Below, piece by piece: positions 49,696 through 63,478 of a DNA stretch of 64,000 nucleotides. A model generated the notes under the pieces. It worked only from the letters and a program-made list of their open reading frames with translations, was not told the origin of the DNA and did not search any database. Location: positions 1 through 64,000 of the forward strand of contig UYFQ01000723.1 in NCBI GenBank assembly GCA_900617105.1. Reading direction: 5' to 3'. The translations under genes and the position numbers were made by a program. Each line of letters opens with the position of its first letter. The stretch's first letter is position 1. The stretch is from Hydrurus foetidus (taxonomy: Eukaryota).

Positions 49696-50294
49696 TTAAC
49701 GCTTTTTGTGAAATTGGTAGTGTCAAACGCATAATGTGTGTTATGTTCAAAATCGTAACGAGTTCTCACCAAAAACAAACTAATAGCAAGGGTTTTGCTT
49801 AGTGAGTATTGTTTTCCATTCATAGATAAAATAAATCTTTGTTGATTAATTTTAAGAAATCAACTTTATCGTTTGCATCTAACTTATTTTGCCATTGAGC
49901 TTTTACGTCGTTACAATCTTGCAAAACCAGTTGTTTACCTTTAATATTCCACTGCACTTGATTGGCATTGTTTATTTGTATAGTATCTAGAGAAAGTTGA
50001 GCTGAATCTCCTTTTATCAATTTATAGCTATGTAAAAACTGTTTTTCCCTAAGCGAGTAAAATATATAAAGCTACTGTCGTTAACATTAACAACTAAGTA
50101 GTTTTCGTTACCAAACAATTGCTCCAAAAGGTCTAATTTTTATAGGCTTTTTCTTTCAATGCTGGATTCTCAGCACTACTGTTTGATGCAACATTGCTTG
50201 TATCTGCAACCTTTTCACTTGTTTGCTCACTATCGGTACAAGATGATAAAACAAAACAAATTGAAATAATAAAATAATAAAATGTATGCTTCAT
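49696..50294 (-). CDS. Hypothetical lipoprotein
   Basis: MKHTFYYFIISICFVLSSCTD. Confidence 0.65.
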
Positions 50295-50358
50295 AATATT
50301 TACAAAATTGCTGCTTCACAAAAGTAAAGCAGCAATTATATTAGATTTTAAAAACAAA

Positions 50359-51836
50359 TTAGTTGCCATTAAATTTTGTCCAAACTTTCCACCAAGTATC
50401 ACCCACAGCACAAGCACCTACATAATTTACAACAGTAAAATCTGGTTTTCCACTTGTTGATGTGGTTAGTTTTGTACTTGCAAAACTTGCACCAGTTGCA
50501 GCAGGAACAGCAGTGCTATTAGGATTAAAATCTGGCAATGTATAATTAAATGGAGCTGTTAATCCAACATCAGTATTGTTAGCTAACATTGTATTGCTAT
50601 AAGCTGGGGTACTAACCCAAGTTGTAATGCTTGCAGTTGTTGCACCTGTTGCAGCAGTTGAGCTTGCAGCATATTTAACAGCATTGCTTGAAGTACCAGA
50701 AATGATATTATTTTGAAAATTTAAACCACCAGCGGGAGATAAATTCAAGTCTGTTGGAACACCTTTGCTTGCATCAATTAATAACCCTGTAACAGAACCA
50801 CCGTTCCAACCCATAATCAATGAATTGAAAATGCTTTGCTCACAATTTCTACGCAATTGAGCACCTGCCAAAATAAATTATTACCAACTGTAGCAGATGT
50901 TGCCTTAGGCCCTAACACAGTCATATTACTAAATACAGCAGATGTTTTACAGGAGCAATGATTGTTCCATTAGTTCCTGTAATTGGGGTAACAACTGTCA
51001 AAGCTGAACTTCCATTTGCATCATTGTCACACTCAAAAGCCTCACTTTTACTAACGTCAGCAACAGAACTATCTCTTAAAGATATTCCAAACTGAATTTT
51101 ACCACTAAAACCATTATCGGTGTCAAAATCATCATCTAAAGTTCTAAAAGAAATTAAGTGTTTACAATTTACAGTACCACCAAACCACTCAAAACTATCA
51201 TCGTTTGCATAAGATACTTGCACATAATCTACGACAGTTTGATTACCTACACCACCAAGTGTTAAACCATTAATTTCTTTATCGGCAGAAATGCAAAACC
51301 AGCATATTCTATACGAACATAACGTAAAATACCGCTATTATCTGCAACGTTTGATGATAAACCTAACCCATATAATCCAAGACCATCACTATTGTTAATA
51401 CCGCCCTCAATTTCGCCAACACCTGCTGTACCATTGAAAGATGAGTTAGTTGGTGCATTACCTAAAATCACAAGACCTGCCCAATCTCCACGTTGTGGTG
51501 TTGCAGCTTCACTTGTAAATACAATGGGTCTGTCAACAGTTCCATCAGCAATAATTTTTGCACCACGGCAAATAATTAAACATCCATTTTTCCATTTTCA
51601 CCAACAATTTTTGTTCCTGGTTCAATAGTTAAAATTGCACCATTAGTTACATAAACTAAACCACGTAATTTATAAACATAGTCTGCTTTTAAAGTACGAT
51701 TCGTAATAATTCTACCTTCTAAAATTGTGTTTCCGCAGTTGTTTGAACAGTAGTTGTTGTTCCACCATCGACTTCAATTTTTCTACAACCTGTTGCAAGT
51801 AATCCAATACTGCTGCCAAAATGAAAAGCTTTTCAT
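50359..51836 (-). CDS. Beta-rich lipoprotein partner of the TonB-dependent receptor
   Basis: LATGCRK; GLVYVTNGAILTIEPGT; NSGILRYVRIEYAG; YANDDSFEWFGGTVN; DDDFDTDNG. Confidence 0.85.
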
Positions 51837-51867
51837 TGCTTGATTTTTATTGTTTTTTGTGAGTGTT

Positions 51868-54661
51868 TTATTTAATTGTATATCCAAATGTTAAACTAAA
51901 GTTGGTGCCATATTTTCTAGCAATGGCAATAGCATCTCCACCGTTCATATCAAACTTTTATTATCATTCAAATCGTGATAGAAGTAAGCCGTTTTATTAA
52001 TGATATCAGAGATATTTAATTTAATTTCAGCTTTATTTTCATTATTTTCTTAGCAATTTGCAAGTCAAGTAACGGACGAGGATTTTCCCAAACTGGTGGA
52101 TAGTCTAAACCACCAACATATAGTATTCTTCTACCAATTTGGTTAAATAATAATGTTGTTGACAAGCCTTGTTTTTCTAAATCATACTGCAAACCAAAGT
52201 TGATTAGATATGGACTTTGACCTTGCATTGGTCTATCTAATTGGGTATTCTTACTTTGAGCTCTATTGTATATATAAGATAGATTTCCTTGGAATGTAAA
52301 GTTTTTAATGCCCGAGTAAAATCTAGTTTCTTTCTAAACTCAAACTCCAAACCATAGCCAGATGCTTTATCAGCATTAATGTAGTTAAATGTGCTGGAAC
52401 TACCAGCACCAGTTTGATTAAAAACAACTCAATAGGTTTATCAAAGTATTTATAGAAAACACCAAAAGAACAGCTCTCCAGCCTTTGGATATATCTCAAA
52501 TCTTAAGTCTGCATTAGTAACTTTGTTCTTTCTAAAAGTGGATAACCTGTAATAGTTGCACCCAAATCGAAGTCGTAGAATGCAAATGGACTCAACTCAC
52601 GAAACTCTGGTCTAACAACAGTTTGAGAGCCAGATAAACGAATATTAACTTTATTATTTACTTTGTATGTGATATTTACACCAGGCAAAAAGTCATCTAC
52701 CTTGCTATAAACATGCCTCGTATCAGATTTTTAGTACTACCAACTAATTGATCAAAATTCTCCCAACGTAAACCCCAAGTTGCTTTTAAGTTTTTGGTAA
52801 CTTGATTATCAAATTGTATGAAGCCTGCATTTAAAATTGAATTAGCCATATAGCGATATTGATTTCCACTAATCTCATTTAAAGCAAATAATGTACTTGT
52901 GGGGCTTCCATCACCAAAATTTTCTGGGCTAAATATTTTATCTTCAGTTAATAATCTTAAGCTCTCATTATTCCCTGCAGGTATATAAGTTGCAAATGGT
53001 CTAGAATTAAACAGCCTATCTTTAATTTGTAACATATAACCAACCTTCAACGTTTGTGGATGACCATTCACTAATTTGGTTTTCGTGATATCTCCACCAG
53101 TTGTATAAATATAATCACTCAGTGAACCATAATAACGACTACCACTTTTTGTGATCCGTTTGATGCAGATACCAATAGTAAATATGGTTTATTGGGTGAT
53201 GTTACATCTTCATTATATTGTATTCTTCTTTGGTCAGGTATGTATTGGTCTAAAATATTAAAACTACCATACCAATGAATTTTCGCTTTTAATTGAGTAA
53301 GATTGTGGTCTCCTGCCAATTGAACATTATAAAAGTATTAGCTTTAAATGCTAATTCACTTGCTGATATTATCACCATCAACAGGATTATTTTCAAAATC
53401 TTTACCAGTACGTTTTGTAACATAATTTGCTGTGCTAACATTGAAAATATTTTGAGGGATATTTTATGATTACTACCTAACTGCAATGTTAAATTACCTA
53501 AAGCACCCATAAAACATCATTACTGTATTTATTATTATAGTAATCAAACTAGTACTAGCTATGCTATTTTGAATAGAGTATAATCTGTTCTCGTATTCAT
53601 TTCTTTTAAAACTATTATTATAGTTTAATGCAAGTACAGCACCTAGCTTATTATTCTTTCCAATATTCTTTGCAAACCCACCACTCAACTGTAAACTTCT
53701 GTTTAAAGTAGGAATAACATTTGAGTTATTTTTACTTGTTGACCAAATATTTTGAAACCCTTTGCGTATTCCGTTTTTGTGCTTGATTCAAATTATTGAA
53801 AACAGTTTTGTAGGAAAATTGTCAGCCAAAGCACGTTTGCCATCATCAAATCCAAGAAAGTCAAGCTTTCCACCTTGATATGTGTAAAATCACTTCCAAT
53901 TGTTTGTGTATTAAACCCAGTGCCAATTTGAATATTGAAGTAATTTGAAGTAGGAACGTCTTTGGTATTTACTTGCACCAAACCACCTGCCCACTCTCCT
54001 GGTAATTCTGGAACAAAGGCTTTGTTCATAATAATATTATCAATAGTAGATGCAGGAAAAATATCAAATGAGAAAGTTTTTCTATCTGGCTCTGTACTAC
54101 TTAATAAAATACCATTCAACATTGCTTGATTATATCTGTCTGCCAAACCACGAACAACAAGATATTTGCCATCTTGAACAGATGTACCAGTAACACGTTT
54201 TAGGATTTCACCAGTATTTTTATCGGGCTTCTTTTAATAGCTTCTGCAGATATAACCTGTGCTACAGTATTTGTGTTTTGATAACTAATAAGAGCATTAA
54301 CAGTTTCTTTCTTACTTGATGTTGCCTTAATTACTACATCATCCAACTTTCCTGTTTTAGCTTCTAAAACGACATAAACATCATTTTGTAGACCTGATTT
54401 TGTTTCAATTTCATTAACACGTTTGGTTGCAAAACCAACAGCAGAAATTTCAATTTCGTACTTCTTACCAACTTCTAGTGTCAATGTAAAACGCCATCAA
54501 CGTTAGCAGTGGTTCCGCCTTTTACCAATGATAGTAATACTTGCACCCGAAATTGGTTTATTATTTTCTGCTGTAACCTTACCAGTAATTTTAGCAGTAG
54601 TTTGAGCAAATGAGAAAAGGCAAACGAAAAATAAAATGGTTAATAGACTAAATTGTTTCAC
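51868..54661 (-). CDS. TonB-dependent receptor
   Basis: N-terminal carboxypeptidase-like domain; VVRGLADRYNQAMLNG; SQTVVRPEFRELSPF; RPMQGQSPYLINFGL. Confidence 0.9.
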
Positions 54662-54697
54662 TTCGTATTTTTACGCTGCAAAAGTGAAACTTCCATA

Positions 54698-54758
54698 TTA
54701 ACTCAATGTTAACACACAATTACCTTCAAGTTAACATTATTTTAACTACCCTATTAAT
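54698..54758. promoter_or_regulatory. 11 bp-periodic TTAAC boxes (OmpR/PhoB-type binding array)
   Basis: TTAAC or TTACC starting at 54698, 54709, 54720, 54731 and 54742, upstream of the receptor start. Confidence 0.55.
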
Positions 54759-54866
54759 TGGTTCGTTTGTGAGTATCAAATTATTTACGAGTAAAAAACA
54801 AGGTCTGTCGACAGAATCGATAGACCTTGTTAAATTAAATTAAACTATGTTTTGAGAATTGTTTAA

Positions 54867-55070
54867 CTACAACTTTTCTGCTAGCTTCTTTTTGTCACGT
54901 AGTTTCTTTACTCCTGCAACACCTGCAGCTGCTAGTAATAAAGTACCGCCATCTACTGGCACATCTGGACTACCTCCTGGATCGGGTTGACTGTGTCCTA
55001 CCATTGGGATAGCTATAGCTATTAACATCGTTAATACTATCATCCCTATTCTGCTGTGTATTCTTTTCAT
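54867..55070 (-). CDS. Small PID-CTERM protein-sorting domain protein
   Basis: Signal-like N-terminus, then PDVPVDGGTLLLAAAGVA.GVKKLRDKKK. Confidence 0.75.
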   Translation of the reverse strand: MKRIHSRIGMIVLTMLIAIAIPMVGHSQPDPGGSPDVPVDGGTLLLAAAGVAGVKKLRDKKKLAEKL

Positions 55071-55127
55071 AAACTATGTTTTATTTGTTGTTCGTTTTGT
55101 TTTGTTCTCTTTACTAATTACTAACTA

Positions 55128-58100
55128 CTATTCTACCACTAACACTGTTTGTTTAAAGCTATTGCCTTTAGTGTCTGTTAACTGCAATTGATAAGTGCCC
55201 GATGCTAATGTTTTGTTTAACTGCAAACTTGTGCTGCCATTGCTACCATTGTGGTTCATTGTGTTCATCCACACTTGTTGTCCTGATACATTGTATAACA
55301 CTGCTGTGTAACTGCCTGCTGTTAAATTGTTCATCTGTAATCCTATCACATTGCTGCTGCTCTTCACTGGGTTTGGATAAACCGTAATGCTCTTAACTCC
55401 TTTGTCGCTCATCTCTACTCTTACAATCGCTATATACTTTGTTGTTGTTGTAGCTGTTGATTGTATGCGATAGTAGTTAACGCCTATTACTGGGTTGTTG
55501 TCTACTATGCTGTAAGCATTGGTTGTATTACCATTCTTAGCTGTGGCTTCTGATAGTTTTGTGAAACTTGCTGCATCTGTTGATTTCTACAGTGTATGTT
55601 TTACATTGTTTTCTGCAATGGCTTCCCAGTCTATTTTGATGTTGTTGTTGTTTTGCTTGTAGGCTTTTACTGTTAAGCTATTGCTTGTTGGTAAATTGCC
55701 TGTTGCATTAAACACTACATAGAACCTGCTTGCTGCATTGCTACCTGTTACACTGGTTACATTGAAGCTTACTAAAGTGGTGTTGGTTGCTTTGGCGTTT
55801 CAGTATTTAAGAACTTATCTACCAATTTGCAGCTGCTTACACTTGCATCAAAATTGATTGGGTTTAGCTTGAATTCATAGTTACTGCCTATTGACAAATT
55901 TGCAATGCTTAAAAATAAACTATCTGTACTAGTAATGTGTGGACGTGCTTCTATTACTAGGTTAGCATTATTTCTTACCAACGATATTTTCTATATCTGC
56001 ACTCCATTTATAAGCATCATCAGCATCTACTATTGCACTATAGCCATTACCAAACTTAGCTCTAATTCCGTCAATTTCTGCTTTACTACCATCGGTTTTG
56101 ATATATGATAGTTTGATATTAAATTCATCTGACAATCCGTTTCTGTACCTGCTGTTTGATCGTTTTGATTACTTGTATTTTGTTTGATTCATTGAATACA
56201 CATTTACACCACTTGCACTAGTTGGAACAACGAAAAGCATTGACCACTTTGAAAATATTTTGTAGTACTTCCTGCTGTTGGTGCCCCCACGACATTCTAT
56301 CAAATGTTACATACGCTCCTGTAACTCCAGAGTAACTGCTTGGACGATTTGGATCCCATACATAAACGAAATTGGGAATACTACCATTGAATGTTGCTGT
56401 ACTCATATCTACTGTGCAAGCATAAGGGTTACCAACTAACCAAGCTTTGTTAGCTGCTCCACCATAAGTGAAAGTTTGGTGCCAGTTTGCAATTTACCTT
56501 TTGCAGCTAGGGTTGTTGCTACAAAAGCATTAGGATTATAGCCATTTGGGTTACAGTTCTATCGCCTCTTACAAACATAAAAAGCCTTTGTTATCTGCAT
56601 TTCCATTTGTTCCAGCAATTGCCTCTGTAGTGGTATTGGTTATCTTGTTCCAAGCTCCAGTAGTACTGTTATATGTCATTAAACTTGCACTAATTGTAAC
56701 ATCATCTATACCATTTGTTGCACTTGGTCCTGTAATTCTTGTTCCATAATTACCACTATATCCAAAATTACTTTGCCAGTTTCGATACGTATCCTTGACT
56801 TATGCCATTGTATGATACTGGAGCTGTAATCGCTCTCCAGCCTTGACTTTGCTTGTGTATATATCTTTCTACGGTTACTTGACCACTGATTGTGCCGCCT
56901 ACTTGATCTACATAAGCAGTATTATTATTTCTGAGCCAGAAATACTTCTTAATACTAAAGCATCTCCTGTATTTAATGTGCCTGCACTTAAACTTAGTCG
57001 CTCTAATAAATTTAGTTTGTTGCCTAAGCTTACACTTCCTCCGCTGCCACTTACCACTAAATTTTGTAAAGCATTTGTGCCATTAATTGTGCTTGCATCT
57101 GCACTTGTTGTTTGATCAAAATAAACTGTACCAACACTAGTAGTAGATGTTACAGTTAATTTACTTGCGTTACTTCCCACTAAACTATTACTAGCATCCA
57201 TACCACTTACTGTACCATTTAATGTTAAAGTGTTTCCATTTAAAGCAACCTTAGAAGTTGATAGTGTTAATGCACCACTAATAGTAGCATCACCACCCAA
57301 AGTTTTAGTAGCCATTGAAGAGTTGCTTGCTGTTAAACCCCACTATATGTACCAGTAGAGATAGTTTGTGCTGCATTTGCATTATAGCTTACTAACATTG
57401 ACCAAGTTCTGCCTGTTGGTATTGGTGTTGATCAGTATTTTGGGTAAGCAAAGTTCCCGTACCACTTGTTGTAATTGAACTACCGCTTAATTGATTTGTT
57501 CCTAAATCGAAGCTAAATCCAGACGAAATAGTTAGAAGACCACTAATAGTTTTTGCAGTATGTAGCGTAACATTTGCTCAATGGTTACATCTTTTGGTTG
57601 TTCAGAACCCGTTACTGGCCAAATATCATTGTTTGTAGTTAATGCAGTATTGATAACCAATTTACCACTAGTTCCATAAACAATTTTCCCCGTAGAATTA
57701 AGCGTAATTGTTGTTGAACCATTAATTGTTAACGTTCCATTTACTGTTAGTGTTTGACCAGCAGCCACATTTAAAGTACCTCCAGAAACAGTTAAATTAT
57801 TAATTGTTTGACTATTATCGTACGAGAGAGTACCAGAAGATAAATCAAAGTTTGATGAAGTTGGAACTATATTAGAGGCAGATGTACGAAATGTACCTCC
57901 GTTTACAGTATAGCTTGTTGAAGACATAGCAACTCAGAAGAAAGCTCGCCTCAGAAACAACTGTTGCTCCAGAAAATGATTGAGTTCCATATAAAGATAA
58001 AATACCTGTGCCTTGTTTGGTAACACCACCTGTGCCTGTAATGCTATTTTGAAATCTCGTTCCACTCCAACCACCAGAAATAGTTAAATTACCAGAACCA

Positions 58101-58916
58101 AGCGTTACACTGCCACCATTGCTAGTACCAGTTTCGCTTACAGAAGCTACAGTTGCATTAAATCCATTTAAGTCTAATGTACAACTGATGAAACTGTAAT
58201 AGTTGAATTATTGCCAAAGCACCAGCACTACCACTCTGTGCAATATTAGCTCTTAAAATTCCTCCTGTTATAGCTGTGGTTCCAGTGTAAGTATTTAACG
58301 CACCCATTACAGCTGTATTAGTTTCGATTTTACTAATACTCATTGTTCCAGATCCATTAGAAACAGTGCCATTTAGCGTTACTGTACCAGAACCACCGCA
58401 CGAGGCTCTAAGCACAAGTACTTTCGTACCTGTGTTATTTTGAGCAGAAATTGTTGCACTAGTTCCAAATGTTAAATTTCCGGAAGATGCATTCAATTCA
58501 ATACCATAAGCTGGCGAAGTACTAGAACTAGTATTTCCAACTTGCAACGGAAAATTAATTGTTTGAGTATTGCCCGAAGCATTATAAATCGCTGGTATAT
58601 TGTTACTAAAATCATAGAAAATGTTAGTGGTGGAACCATTAATTGTTCTTGAATTACCACTTGCACCAAATGTGATTCGATAACGATTAGTTGCTGATAA
58701 GTTGTTGGTCATTGTAGTACCAGCACTACCATCAAAAAAAGTATTTCTGCACCGCCCGGAACTGCTCCAGTAGAACCATTCCAAAAGTAATAGGAAGTAC
58801 TCAGCCAGAAGCATTGTTGGCAGGGCTTTGGTCGTTTCGCCAAGAAAAGGTTGTTTGAGAATTTACAAAAGTACTGATGCAAGAAATCAGCAAAATAGAC
58901 AGTAAACTTTTTTCAT
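55128..58916 (-). CDS. Large T9SS type-A sorting domain protein with autotransporter-type beta-strand repeats
   Basis: Signal peptide; NTYTGTTAITGGIL repeats; WLVGNPYAC; C-terminal ITVYPNPVK...LASGTYQL...QTVLVVE. Confidence 0.85.
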
Positions 58917-59131
58917 ATTTAAGCAATTTAATATTTGACGGAATAATAGGTAATATTATGCAATCGTTTTCAAGAAAGACAAAGCTAAGTAAAGTGTATA
59001 TTATACACAAATATATTTTACCCTTAAGATTTTGCGTGCATTCAAGGAACTTGTGTTGAAATTTATGAGCAAGAAAAACTGTTCTCCTATATTTGTTTTG
59101 GATACTTTTTAAGAATTATTCAAATAAAAAT

Positions 59132-59709
59132 ATGGCAGAGCATTTAATACTGAACAACTCAAACAAATTCCACCACGTAAATACAAATCATCAGAAATGA
59201 TTTGCAAACTGGTGATTTAATTTTTGCAGTGGCAATTATTTTTTAGCCGACTCATTCAAAATTCACAAAAAGTACTTGGAGCCACGTTGGTATTGTTTAT
59301 AAAGATGAGGCACTTGATAGGATTTTAATATTAGAAAGTGAAAAAGTATTTGGTGTTCGATTTGCTCCTTTAAGTAAATATTTAAAAGACTATCACGGCA
59401 AAACAAACCTTATAAAGGTTATTTAGTGTTGGCAAGAATCCAGAAATTCAACTTACTGCTTTGCAAAAAGCCATCAGCTATGGAATGGATGAGTTAACAA
59501 ACCTTATGATAATTGGGAGATTATTCGTATTGCCATTAGAATATTATTTAAGATCACAAGCGTGAACACAATAGAAGTTATATATGCAGTGAACTGGTTC
59601 AGAGTCTTTTAATAAAGCAGGCATTAAGTTCTTGGATAATGACACCAAAATTTCACCAGAGGATATTTGGCAAAATGAACGCGTTCAATTTTTATATAGA
59701 CTTTTATAA
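59132..59709 (+). CDS. YiiX/YebB-like permuted NlpC/P60 protein
   Basis: TWSHVGIVYK; ILESEK; PYDNW; YICSELV; ISPEDIW. Confidence 0.8.
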
Positions 59710-59777
59710 ATTTTAATCATTATTTCGCTATGTAAAACAAGCGACCGATATTCGCACAAAACGAACAGTTGTTAGTA

Positions 59778-60950
59778 TGAGTCTTTCATTTGATAATACC
59801 AAAATAGCATTTGCTTACAAATCAACCAAAGAATTAGGTAAGGCAAAATTTCTTTTCAGTACAATGAATTATCCATTTTTGTACCGCTTGGAACAAGAAT
59901 TACTCCTTCTTAATGAAAACAGGATTGCCAGTTGATGGCATTATTAGAAATACCATCTTTAGACAATTTGTTGGTGGTGAAACCTTAGCAGAAACCGCTC
60001 CTGTGGTTAATTTACTTGGAGAATATGGTGTTCAAGTAATTCTTGATTATGGTGTTGAAGGAAAAGAAGGCGAAGATAATTTTGACAAAGCAACTGAAGA
60101 ATTTGTTAGAGTAATTGAATATGCTTCTTCAAAAACATTCCATTTATTAGTATAAAAGTTACAGGTTTAGCAAGGCTTTCACTTTTGCAAACTTTAAATG
60201 AATCTCCACGTTTAAGAAGTGGTATTAATGATAATGAAACTGAAATAGACGAGTGGGAAAAGGTGAAAGATCGAATGTATCATATCTGTGAAATAGCTTC
60301 AGAAAAAATGTGGGTGTTTTAATAGATGCAGAAGAAAGTTGGATACAAGACCCAATTGACAGATTGGTGATGGAAATGATGGAGGAATTTAACAAAGAAA
60401 AAAGTTGTCGTTTATAATACTATTCAACTATATCGCCGTGATAGATTAGAGTTTTAAAATTATCTCATCGCATTGCTAAACAAGGTATTTTTATTAGGAA
60501 TTAAACTTGTTCGTGGTGCTTATATGGAAAAAGAAAGGAAAGAGCTCAACAAAACGTTATCCAGATCCAATTCAAAAAATAAAGAAAGTACCGATAATGA
60601 TTTTGATGCTGCAGTTGGCTATTGTATTCAAAATATAAACGAAATTGCATTTATAGTTGCATCTCACAACGATAAAAGCAATCTGTTAACTTACGACTTA
60701 CTCAATCAAAAACATTCCTTTAAATCATAATCATATTCATTTTCACAATTATATGGAATGAGTGACAATATTACTTTTAATCTTGCAAAAGCAGGCTGCT
60801 CAGTTAGCAAGTATCTTCCTTTGGACCAATAAGAGATGTAATTCCATATTTAATGAGAAGAGCTCAAGAAAATAGTAGTATGAGTGGTCAAACAGGTAGA
60901 GAACTTTCTTTGCTGAAACGAGAAATTGAACGAAGAAAAAAAAGAACTAA
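59778..60950 (+). CDS. Proline dehydrogenase
   Basis: SFDNTKIAF; FVGGETL; LIDAEESWIQ; IKLVRGAYMEKE; QLYGMSD; YLMRRAQEN. Confidence 0.9.
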
Positions 60951-61074
60951 TTGATTAAGCGATATTTTACAATATCGCTTTTTTCAATTTGTACCAAATA
61001 ATTTCCTTAAACTTCAATGGCATCAATATTGACATAGTTTCGCACCCAAATTATTTTTGATTTAGATATACAAG

Positions 61075-63443
61075 ATGAAAGATAGAAATTTTTTATGACA
61101 GGAGAAGACAATGATTTTTTTACCCATAATTCCTATTACAGAAAATGAAGATCAAGATAAAGATTTAGTAATTCAGACACAATTGCATTACTTCCTTTAA
61201 GAAATACAGTACTTTTCCAAACGTCGTTTTGCCAATTACAGTCGGCAGAGATAAAAGTATAAAAAGCTGTAAATGATGCTTATAAAGGAGATAAATTAAT
61301 TGGTGTTGTTGCACAAAAGACACTGTTATTGAGGATCACGAAGCAAAGGATTTGTGCAATATTGGAACCGTTGCAAAATCATCAAGCTTATTAAAATGCC
61401 AGATGGTGGCACAACCATTATTATTCAAGGTAAGCGTAGATTTGAAATTACTGGAATCGTTTCTTCTGACCCATATTTTGTTGCTAATATTCAGCAACTA
61501 AATGATATTGAAAGTGAATCTGACGATAATTTTTTAGCTCGTATTTCTACTATCAAGGATTTAGCTGCACAGATAATTCAGCTGTCGCCTAATATGCCAA
61601 CAGAAGCTTCTATTATTTTAAAAATATAGAAAGCCCAACATTCCTAATCAATTTGTAGCAGTCATCTTAATAACGATTTACTTCAAAAACAAGCTCTGCT
61701 TGAAAACAATGACGTTAAGGCCAGAGCCGAAAAAACTAATAGAACTTTACAAACAGAATTGCAGTTTGCAGAACTGAAAAAGAAAGGTTTCAAACAAAGC
61801 AAGAGTTGAAATTGACAAACAACAAAGAGACTATTTTCTTCAACAACAATTAAAGAGTATTAAAGATGAATTAGGTGGCGATAATAATGAGCGTGAGATT
61901 GCTGAAATGAAGAAAAAGGCTGAAACAAAAATGGCCTGAAGCAGCAAAAACAGTGTTTGAAAGCAATATTGCTAAGTTGGAAAGAATGCATCCACATACG
62001 CCAGATTATTCTGTAATTTATAATCACTGCGATTTGATGCTTGACTTACCTTAGCAAGATTATACTGCTGATAATTATGATTTAAAAATGCAAAAAAGTA
62101 TTGGATATTGACCATTACGGAATGCAAAAATTAAAAACAGAATATTAGAATATCTTGCTGTATTGAAATTAAAGGGAGATATGAAGAGCCCAATTCTTTG
62201 TTTTGTTGGTCCTCCAGGAATTGGTAAAACTTCATTAGGAAAAGTATTGCGAATGCTGTTGGAAGAAGATATTCAAGATTAAGTTTAGGTGGCTTACACG
62301 ATGAAAGTGAAATTCGTGGACATCGCAAAACTTATATTGGTGCAATGCCTGGAAGAATTTTACAAAATATCAGAAAATGCAAAAGCAGCAATCCAGTAAT
62401 GATTTTAGATGAGATTGATAAAATTGGTAGTGATTTTAGAGGTGATCCCTCATCAGCATTATTGGAGGTTTTAGACCCAGAGCAAAATGGCAATTTTATG
62501 ATAACTATTTAGAATTAGAATACGATTTAAGTAAAGTATTATTTATCGCAACTGCAAATAATCTTCAAAATATTCAGCCAACTTTACGAGATAGATTAGA
62601 GATAATTGATTTAAGTGGATACGCTGTTGAAGAAAAAATTGAAATAGCAAAAAGACATTTAATTCTAAACAACAAAGAGGCTCACGGTTTAGCAAAAGTG
62701 AATTTAAAATTGGTGATTCAACTTTACAAAGCATTGAAAACTACTCAAGAGAAAGTGGTGTTCGTGAACTTGACAGGCAACTAGCTGGTTTAATGAGAAG
62801 CATTGCTAAAGAATATGCAATCAAGGAAAAGTAAAGCCAACAATTACAAGTGCTGATGTAGAAGATTTTAGGTCAGGCAAGATATAACAACGAAATATAT
62901 AAGATTGCAAATATGGCTGGCGTTGCAGTTGGTTTAGCTTGGACTTATGTTGGTGGCGATATTTTATTTATTGAAACAGTTTTAAGTGAAGGCAAAGGAG
63001 AGCTAAAACTTACAGGAAACAAGGCAATGTGATGAAGGAAAGTGCAACAACAGCCTTAACATATTTACAAGCCAATGCAAAAACTTGGTGTTGATCTGAA
63101 CTTTACAAAGAAGAATATTCATATTATTGTGCCAGAGGTGCAACACCTAAAGATGGGCCAAGTGCAGGTATAACAATGCTTTCAGCCCTAACATCTGCAT
63201 TTACAGGAAGAAAAATAAAGCCTTTTTTAGCTATGACTGGCGAAATTACTTTACGTGGTCAAGTGTTACCAGTTGGTGGAATTAAAGAGAAAGTATTAGC
63301 TGCAAAAGATCGGGTTTAAAAGAGATAATAATGTGTTATCAGAACCAGAAAGATGTCGATGAAATTGATAGCAACTTTATAAAAGGGATACAATTTCATT
63401 ATGTTAAACAATGCAACAAGTAATTGATTTAGCATTGGTTTAA
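61075..63443 (+). CDS. lon: Lon ATP-dependent protease
   Basis: [55 protein letters not shown]. Confidence 0.95.
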
Positions 63444-63478
63444 CAACATCATTCACTGATATGTTTTTAATAAGAATC

